From an uncultured delta proteobacterium (GTDB lineage Bacteria; Desulfobacterota; Binatia; DP-6), in NCBI GenBank assembly GCA_963815115.1, contig CAWFFN010000005.1, positions 512,001-576,000 of the forward strand: a DNA stretch of 64,000 nt, given 5' to 3'. The notes beneath the pieces were generated by a model that saw nothing but the letters and a program-made list of their open reading frames with translations, searched no databases and had not been told where the DNA came from. This document shows positions 57,704 to 64,000 of this stretch, one piece after another. Both the position numbers and the translations under genes were made by a program. The stretch's first letter is position 1. Each line of letters begins with the position of its first letter.

Positions 57704-59260
57704 TCAGCCGCGCGGTCGTGCGTTCCGGCGCCGCCAGCGCCGGAGATGGAACAGCCAGCGGTGCACGGCGGTCTGGCCGGGCTCGAAGCCGAAGAGGGCG
57801 GGGAAGCGCAGGAAGAGCCGGCGCCGGCCGCGCAGGCGGATGCGGCCGAGGAGCAGCCCGAGGACCGGATTGGCCTCGCCGCGGTGCACGGCCAGGAAGT
57901 AGGTCGCTGGCGCGCGGATGGTGAGGTCGGCGCGTTCGACGCGCCCGGGAGTCACCTCGCAGCGCTCGTCGCCGATGCGCATGACCCACTCGCCGCCGCC
58001 GGGGCCGCCGAGCTCCCACTGCGTCGTGAAGCCGAGCCCGCGCGATTCCGTCGGGCGGAAGTACTGCGGCAGCCAGCGCATCATGGCGTCGACGTTCTGG
58101 GTGCGGATGCGGCGCAGGTTGATCAGCCGCACGCCCTCGGCGGAGCGTGGCGAGGCGCGGTCGATGGGCGTCCGCCACTCGCCGGGCGGGATCCCGTGAC
58201 GCTCGCGTGCCGCCGGCGTGTCGATCACGAACTGGGCGTCCTCGGCGCTACGCGTGACGGTGAGCGGCTTCAGCGTCTCGTCGAGATAGCGGCGCCGGAC
58301 CTGGCGGTCGTCGTGGAAGGCGTCCTCGATCTCGGCCGGGCAGGTGGCGACGCAGTTGAAGCAGCGATACTCGACCCGGAACGACAACGCCTGCCAGAGC
58401 GCGGCGATCTCGTTGTCGGCCCAGCGCTTGCGAAAGTCCCGCCGCGAGCGCTCCGCCAGATCGCCGACCAGATCCAGGAAGCCCGGGATCGAGTCGCGAT
58501 AGGTGTGATTGTAGCACGCGAAGAAGTCGAAGGTGCCGTCGCGGCGGATGGCCTCGGTCGGGCACGAGGCGACGCAGAGGTTGCACTCGAGGCACGGGTT
58601 CCACTCGACGGGACGGTCGTACGACGGCCACTCCAGGTTGGTCACCACCGTGTCGATCAGGCAGTAGGCGCCGAACCGGCGGTGGAGGAAGTTGCGGCTG
58701 ATCCCGATCACGCCGAGCCCCGCCGCCTGCGCCACGAGCTTGTGGCTGAGCGGCCAGATCTTGTCCGCCCAGCGCTGGCCCACCTCCTGCGGCCAGCCGA
58801 TCGTCGTGGTGAGGCCCTCGCCGCCGAGGCCGTTCAGCAGCTTCACCGTACGGTGGCCCATCGCGAAGATACGCTCCTCGCACGAGTAGAGCTCGTGGTT
58901 CGCCGTCGGCAGGTAGCGCGACTGCATGGCGGGCTTGTTCTCCTCGCCGATCAGGCAGATCAGCGAGCGGGCGTGCGGGTAGACCCAGAGCACCTCGTCG
59001 CGCTCGTGCGCGATGGCCGGGTCGTCGATCGAGATGATGCCGACGTCGTCCGCCCACTCGCGGACGCGCGCCTTGAAGTCGTCGAGCGAGAGCGACGCCG
59101 CTACCCCGCGCGCCGGGAACGTGCCCGGTTCGAGCTCGTGGAAGGGCCAGCGGTAGGCGGTCGCGGGCGGCACCGTGTCGGGACGAGCGGCACGCGGGCG
59201 TCCCGGGGCCGGAAACGGAAATGGCCAGTCGGTGGCGGTCGGCGGACGGCGGGTCGCCAT
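57704..59260 (-). CDS. QueG/reductive-dehalogenase-like 4Fe-4S protein fused to SCP2 sterol-binding domain
   Basis: [45 protein letters not shown]; C-term [21 protein letters not shown]. Confidence 0.8.
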   Translation of the reverse strand: MATRRPPTATDWPFPFPAPGRPRAARPDTVPPATAYRWPFHELEPGTFPARGVAASLSLDDFKARVREWADDVGIISIDDPAIAHERDEVLWVYPHARSLICLIGEENKPAMQSRYLPTANHELYSCEERIFAMGHRTVKLLNGLGGEGLTTTIGWPQEVGQRWADKIWPLSHKLVAQAAGLGVIGISRNFLHRRFGAYCLIDTVVTNLEWPSYDRPVEWNPCLECNLCVASCPTEAIRRDGTFDFFACYNHTYRDSIPGFLDLVGDLAERSRRDFRKRWADNEIAALWQALSFRVEYRCFNCVATCPAEIEDAFHDDRQVRRRYLDETLKPLTVTRSAEDAQFVIDTPAARERHGIPPGEWRTPIDRASPRSAEGVRLINLRRIRTQNVDAMMRWLPQYFRPTESRGLGFTTQWELGGPGGGEWVMRIGDERCEVTPGRVERADLTIRAPATYFLAVHRGEANPVLGLLLGRIRLRGRRRLFLRFPALFGFEPGQTAVHRWLFHLRRWRRRNARPRG

Positions 59261-59268
59261 CGTGTCGC

Positions 59269-59876
59269 TCAGCGCCGCCGGGCGCGCCGCGGCGCGAGCC
59301 AGGTGAGCGCGCCGTCGAGCACCGCCTCGCGGACCTCGTCCGCGTGCCCGGCAGACGTCTGGGCCAGCAGGCCGGCGGTCATCAGGACCGTGACGCCGTG
59401 AATCTCGGCCCACAGCCCGTTGGTCACGACGGTCGGATCGAGGTCGGAGCGCAGCTCGCGGCGCTTCATCCCGGCCTGCACGACGTCGCGCAGGATGAAG
59501 AGGGTCGACATCTCGCGCTGCACCGCCTCCGGCCGGCGCCGCGTTGCGGGGCCGCCCTGGAACATCAGGGCGAAGTAGCCCGGATGCTCCACGCCGAACC
59601 GGAAGTAGGCGCGTCCCATCTCGCGCAGCCGCTCGGGGGCGCGCAACGAGGCATCGACGGCCGTGAGATACGCCGCGAGACGCTCGTGCCCTTCCATGCG
59701 GAGGTGCTCGAGGATCTCGCCGAGCCCGCGGAAGTGGAGATAGATCGCGGTGGGGCTGGTGCCGATCGCCGCCGCCACGCGCCGGGCGGTCACGCCGTCC
59801 GTGCCGTGCGCGAGATAGAGCCGCCGCGCAGCGCGCAGGATGGCCGCACGCAGATCGCGGCTGCGGCGGGAGACAC
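59269..59876 (-). CDS. TetR/AcrR regulator with WHG domain
   Basis: ILRAARRL..VTARRVA..SPTAIYLHF, AYFRFG..HP.YF.LMF, WAEIHG; start may be 59876 or 59907. Confidence 0.9.
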
Positions 59877-59895
59877 GGCTGGCCGACGGCGCGCT

Positions 59896-59918
59896 CTGGG
59901 TTAACACTGTTAACCCAG
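59896..59918. promoter_or_regulatory. Probable TetR operator
   Basis: CTGGGTTAACA-c-TGTTAACCCAG perfect 11-bp arms upstream of tetR. Confidence 0.75.
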
Positions 59919-59999
59919 CGATGCCGCGGACGGCCGACCCGAGTCAACCCCCGCCCGGCATGGCGGTCCGCCGCGCCCACGCGGCGGACCGACGCTCGC

Positions 60000-60956
60000 T
60001 CAGCGGCAGACGAAGCGGGTGGCCGCGTCCACGTACAGGCAGCGCGGTCCCTCGCCGCCGTCGTTGTACTGGATCTGCGGGCACCGGCCGCCCGGTGCGC
60101 GCGGCCCGCCGAAGCCGAGGCTCAGCGTGACCAGCGCAGCGGTCGGAGGGGGATAGGTCCCGTTGCGCCCGTTGATGGAGAAGCGAACGACGCCGGCCTC
60201 GTGCGGGTCCTCCTTCAGGATGACGCGCTGGATGCCGCCCGGCGGCTCCTTCGTGCCACCCTTGTACTGCCAGGCGTTGCTGCCCCGGTGCCTCCACCCG
60301 ACCTTGGTGGCGCGGTCGAGCGCCACGGCGGGCAGCGTGACGTCGATGGTGGTCCCGCCGAGTCCGTCGAGCAGCTGGATCAGGAGGCCGGTCTTCGACG
60401 GATCGAGCGGTGGCTGCTCGTCGATGGTCGCCGAGCCGCGGATCTTGATGCGCTCGTCGCCCGCGGGGTCGCCGAGCTTCGACAGGGTGATCTTGGCGCG
60501 CTCGATGTCGACGCCGGGGACCGTGGTGCACGGATCGCAGACGTCGCCGATGCCGTCCTGGTCGGTGTCGACCTGGAGGGGATCCACGATCGCCGGGCAA
60601 TCGTCGTCCGGATCGCACACGGCATCTCCGTCCTGATCCGGGATGTCGAGGTCGTTCGGGCAAGAGCCGGCCTGACCGGTGCAGGACTCCGCGGGATCAC
60701 ACGGTCCCGTCGACGGACGGCACTCGGAGCCGGCGGGTTCGAACTGACAGAGCGGCGAGCAGCAGTCGCCGGGAAGCAGGTTCCCGTCGTCACATTCCTC
60801 GACCGGATCGAGGTTCCCGTCCCCGCAGATCAGCGCTGCCGCCCGCTGCGGAGCAGCGAACACCAGCATCAGCGCGGCGGTGATCACCAAGCTAGAAAGG
60901 AGCGACGGGCGGACGTGCCGATATTCCCGGCACCTGTCGGTCGGCTGAGTCAGCAA
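60000..60956 (-). CDS. Secreted protein with Myxococcus Cys-rich (DUF4215), disintegrin-like and TSP3 motifs
   Basis: CGDGNLDPVEECDDGN, CRPSTGPCDPAESCTG, DQDGDAVCD..DDCP..Q.DTDQDGIGDVCD. Confidence 0.82.
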   Translation of the reverse strand: MLTQPTDRCREYRHVRPSLLSSLVITAALMLVFAAPQRAAALICGDGNLDPVEECDDGNLLPGDCCSPLCQFEPAGSECRPSTGPCDPAESCTGQAGSCPNDLDIPDQDGDAVCDPDDDCPAIVDPLQVDTDQDGIGDVCDPCTTVPGVDIERAKITLSKLGDPAGDERIKIRGSATIDEQPPLDPSKTGLLIQLLDGLGGTTIDVTLPAVALDRATKVGWRHRGSNAWQYKGGTKEPPGGIQRVILKEDPHEAGVVRFSINGRNGTYPPPTAALVTLSLGFGGPRAPGGRCPQIQYNDGGEGPRCLYVDAATRFVCR

Positions 60957-61422
60957 CGAACACCTCCCCGAAGAACGATGGGCCCGGCTTGGGTAGCACG
61001 TGAAGACCAGGCAGTGTCAAGGAAAAAGTGGCACCGGACGTCGCATCGTCGCGCCGTTGTAACGTTGACCGGGCGAGCAGGCTGTGCCGCTCCGCATGCG
61101 ACGTTGGCACATGCAGCCGCCAATCGGTGAAAAGCTCTTTCGTTGCCGCGAGCTGCACAAACTCAGAGCCAGAGGCTATAGGAGCTCGAGGGGCTGACGA
61201 CGGGTTCTCTTGCTCCGCCGCAACGATGGCCCGTACCTTCGTCGTATCGGCTGGACGGAGAACGCCGCCGCCGCCGCGACGGCACCCTCTCAGGCGCGCC
61301 GTCTCCATGCCATCGGCCGGAGCATCAGCAAGGCCGGCCCCGCTGCTCGAGTGCCTTGCGTCCATGGCAACAGGCGCCACTCACCCACCGCACACCGTGA
61401 CGCGGAGCGAGAAAACGCGACC

Positions 61423-63054
61423 CTACCGCGCGCGCCGCACCCGGCGGCGGAAGAGCAGCGCGCCCGTGACCAGATAGAGCAGGCCGAAGCCGGTCATCAC
61501 CGCGGCGGGGCGCAGCGCTGCCTCGAGGCCGCGGCGGCGGATCATCAGGTCGTTGAAGGCCTCCATCGCCCACGTGGTGGGAAACGCCAGCGCGACCCGA
61601 CGCATCCAGTGCGGCTCGAGGTCGATCGGCCACCAGCATCCACCGACGGCCGCCATGGTGACGATCACGATCGAGCCGACCGGCAGCACGGCCTCGCGCG
61701 TCGTCGCCAGCGCGGCAACCACCAGCCCGAAGGCGGTCCCGGCGAAGACGATGGCCGCCGTGGGCAGCAGGAGCAGCCACGGCTCGCGCCCCAGCGAGAT
61801 CCCGAAGAGCAGCCAGCCGGCGGCGAACAGCATCACCATCTGCAGGAAGCCGACCAGGAAACGCGACAGCAGCTTGGCACCGAGGATCCGGCCGAGGCCG
61901 ACCGGCATCGCGCGCAGGCGTTCGAGCGTGCCCCACTCACGCTCGTCGAGCAGGCCGAGCGACACGCCGAGGAGCATCCCGAGCAGGAGGAAGGTCACGC
62001 TGAAGCCGGGGACGTTCTGGTCGAAGGTGTTGATCGAGGGCGGGCCGCCGCTGACGTTGCGCTCCTCGACGCCCAGCGTCCCCGGCAACGGCGGCGGCGA
62101 CGGCAGCTCGATGAGCGGCAGGTCGAGCACCGGCGGCTTGGGCAACGGCGGGAGCGGCGGCGGGGACACCGCCGGCGGCTCGGGCTTCGGCAGCACGGGA
62201 CCGGCGGCGAGGAGCTGCGCGAGAGCCGCGGGCGGCTCGGGAAGCTCGGGCGCCGGCGGCATCTGATCCGCGTGCGAGCCCGCCAGCCGGCGGAGCTCGG
62301 CGATCCAGGCCTCGAAGTCACGCCGGCGGGAGGCGACGGTGTCGAGGTACGCGCGCAGGGAGCCGAGCTGCCGGTCGAGCTCGCGCGCGGCGCGTGCGGC
62401 GTAGTCGTCGGCCGCGGCGTTCAGCTGGCGGGTCAGTCCCGCCTTCGCCGCGGCCGCCGCCTTCACCCGCTCGCGTTCGGCCTCGTCGAAGGCCGCGGCG
62501 AGCTTGCGGCGCGCGGCGCCGATCTCCGCGCGCAGGTGGTCGATCTCCTTCGCCAGTCGTGCGCGCTCGGCCTGTGCATCGTTGCGTGCCGCTGCGCCGC
62601 GCTCCGACACGATCGCATCGCGCAGCTCGAGTAGCCGGACGCGCACGTTCAGGCGCTCGAGATACTTGACCGCGTCGGTGTAGAGCACGAGCGAGGCCGG
62701 CTGGCCGGCGTCGAGCGCCGCCTGCGTGCCCTTCGGGATCAGCAGGGCCGTGCCGGCCTGCTTGTCACGCACGAGACGCTCGGCCTCCTCCGGCGTCTCG
62801 ACTGGTCGGAGGCGCACCGCGGGATCGCTCGCGAGCCGCTCGCGGATCTCGCGGCCGAGCGCGGCGCCGTCCTCGTCGGCCAGGGGCAGCACGTAGGCGG
62901 TCTGTCCCGTCGGATCGGCTCCGTAGAGGTTCGCGAGGCTGAGGCCCGCCACCGTGATGACGGCGACCGGCGCGATGGCGAGGAAGATCAGCCCGACCCG
63001 GTCGCGCCACAGGAGGCGAAGGTCCTTCACGAGCAGCGCGAGGAAGGCGCGCAT
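61423..63054 (-). CDS. ABC-2 type transporter permease
   Basis: KDLRLLWRDR, QNVPGF, EREWGTLERL, GGCWWP, PTTWAM. Confidence 0.9.
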   Translation of the reverse strand: MRAFLALLVKDLRLLWRDRVGLIFLAIAPVAVITVAGLSLANLYGADPTGQTAYVLPLADEDGAALGREIRERLASDPAVRLRPVETPEEAERLVRDKQAGTALLIPKGTQAALDAGQPASLVLYTDAVKYLERLNVRVRLLELRDAIVSERGAAARNDAQAERARLAKEIDHLRAEIGAARRKLAAAFDEAERERVKAAAAAKAGLTRQLNAAADDYAARAARELDRQLGSLRAYLDTVASRRRDFEAWIAELRRLAGSHADQMPPAPELPEPPAALAQLLAAGPVLPKPEPPAVSPPPLPPLPKPPVLDLPLIELPSPPPLPGTLGVEERNVSGGPPSINTFDQNVPGFSVTFLLLGMLLGVSLGLLDEREWGTLERLRAMPVGLGRILGAKLLSRFLVGFLQMVMLFAAGWLLFGISLGREPWLLLLPTAAIVFAGTAFGLVVAALATTREAVLPVGSIVIVTMAAVGGCWWPIDLEPHWMRRVALAFPTTWAMEAFNDLMIRRRGLEAALRPAAVMTGFGLLYLVTGALLFRRRVRRAR

Positions 63055-63057
63055 CGC

Positions 63058-63999
63058 TCAGTCGCGCAGACCCCGGCCCGTGATGCGCAGAAAGACGTCC
63101 TCGAGGTCGGGCCGGTGGACGTGAAACTCGAGGATCTCGGTGGCCGCGCCCGCGCGCTCGAGGACGCGTGCGACCACGGAAAGCGCCTCGACCATGACCT
63201 CGACGTGATGGCCGCGCTCGGGCATCGCCTCCGTGGCCCACACGCTCGATGCCGGCCGGGCGTCCGCGAGCCCGTCCAGCCAGCCATCGGGGAGGGGCTC
63301 GCGCGTCACCAGGACGAGCCGCATGCCGCCGTCCTCGCTCCGGGTCAGCTCGGCGGGGGTTCCGGCCGCCACCACGCGGCCGTGGTCGATGAGCAGCACG
63401 CGGTCGCACAGCCGTTCTGCCTCCTCCATGTAGTGCGTCGAGTAGAGGACGGCGGCTCCCGCGGCGGCGTGGGCGCGCACGGTGTCCATGATGCGCGCGC
63501 GCGACTGCGGGTCGACGCCGGCGGTGGGCTCGTCGAGGAGCAGGACGGGCGGGGAGTCGAGCAGGCCGCAGGCGAGATTGAGCCGGCGCTGCATGCCGCC
63601 CGAGTAGGTCGCGACGACGTCGTGCGCACGCTCCTCGAGCCCCACCAGTTCGAGCGCGTGCCGTGCGGCTGCGCGGGCGGCGCGCCCGCGCAGCCCGCGC
63701 ACGACGGCGAAGCAGCGCACGTTCTCCCAGGCGGTGAGCGTGGGATAGACGGCGAGCGCCTGCGGCACCAGGCCGAGAACGCCTCGCACCGAGCGTGCCT
63801 GGCGCCGCGTCGAGTAGCCCGCGATCTCCGCGTCGCCGGCGTCGGGACGGCGAAGCGTGGCGAGGATCGAGAGCGTCGTCGTCTTGCCGGCGCCGTTCGG
63901 GCCGAGGAGCCCGACCACCTCGCCCGCGGCCACCTCGAAGCTCACGCCGTCGAGCGCGACGCGCGGACCGAAGCTGAGCCGCAGCCCCGCCGCACGCAC
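63058..63999 (-). CDS. ABC transporter ATP-binding protein (5' end at or beyond window edge)
   Basis: GPNGAGKTT, YSGGMQRR, LLLDEPT, STHYMEEA. Confidence 0.93.
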   Translation of the reverse strand: MRAAGLRLSFGPRVALDGVSFEVAAGEVVGLLGPNGAGKTTTLSILATLRRPDAGDAEIAGYSTRRQARSVRGVLGLVPQALAVYPTLTAWENVRCFAVVRGLRGRAARAAARHALELVGLEERAHDVVATYSGGMQRRLNLACGLLDSPPVLLLDEPTAGVDPQSRARIMDTVRAHAAAGAAVLYSTHYMEEAERLCDRVLLIDHGRVVAAGTPAELTRSEDGGMRLVLVTREPLPDGWLDGLADARPASSVWATEAMPERGHHVEVMVEALSVVARVLERAGAATEILEFHVHRPDLEDVFLRITGRGLRD

Positions 64000-64000
64000 C

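Noticed and set aside
60957-61422. Intergenic region with TGGCAC hexamers and short ORFs
   Set aside because: No correctly spaced sigma-54 -12 box, no protein motifs and no recognisable RNA structure
1-64000. tRNA, rRNA, transposase or prophage genes
   Set aside because: None recognised by eye; tRNAscan or Rfam scans would be needed to exclude small RNAs

Overview
GC-rich bacterial chromosome segment. The gene content (many LLM/F420-type oxidoreductases, SDRs, acyl-CoA enzymes, Cys-rich secreted proteins) suggests a Candidatus Binatia or Myxococcota-like soil organism; this is inference only. No rRNA, tRNA or CRISPR array was seen. The main accessory element is an inverted-integrase integron at about 7.67-10.9 kb. 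It has a decayed intI (frameshift and catalytic Arg to Leu), four attC sites on the 3' side of intI, and cassettes for a GFA protein, a small hypothetical, a reverse-oriented BrnT/BrnA pair and a truncated DHFR-family gene. The core-site complementarities suggest the attC right behind intI acted as the insertion site. Other notable loci: a stand-alone MerB-like gene coupled to an LLM oxidoreductase; a CarH-like B12 photoreceptor divergent from an unknown protein and an ACP fusion; a QueG/RdhA-like 4Fe-4S protein fused to SCP2 next to a thiolase/DUF35 pair and TetR; a di-heme beta-propeller protein; a 1307-aa Cys-rich beta-helix/LamG protein between two TA modules; and several orphan gene stubs. 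Two frameshifts in G7 runs may be sequencing errors.
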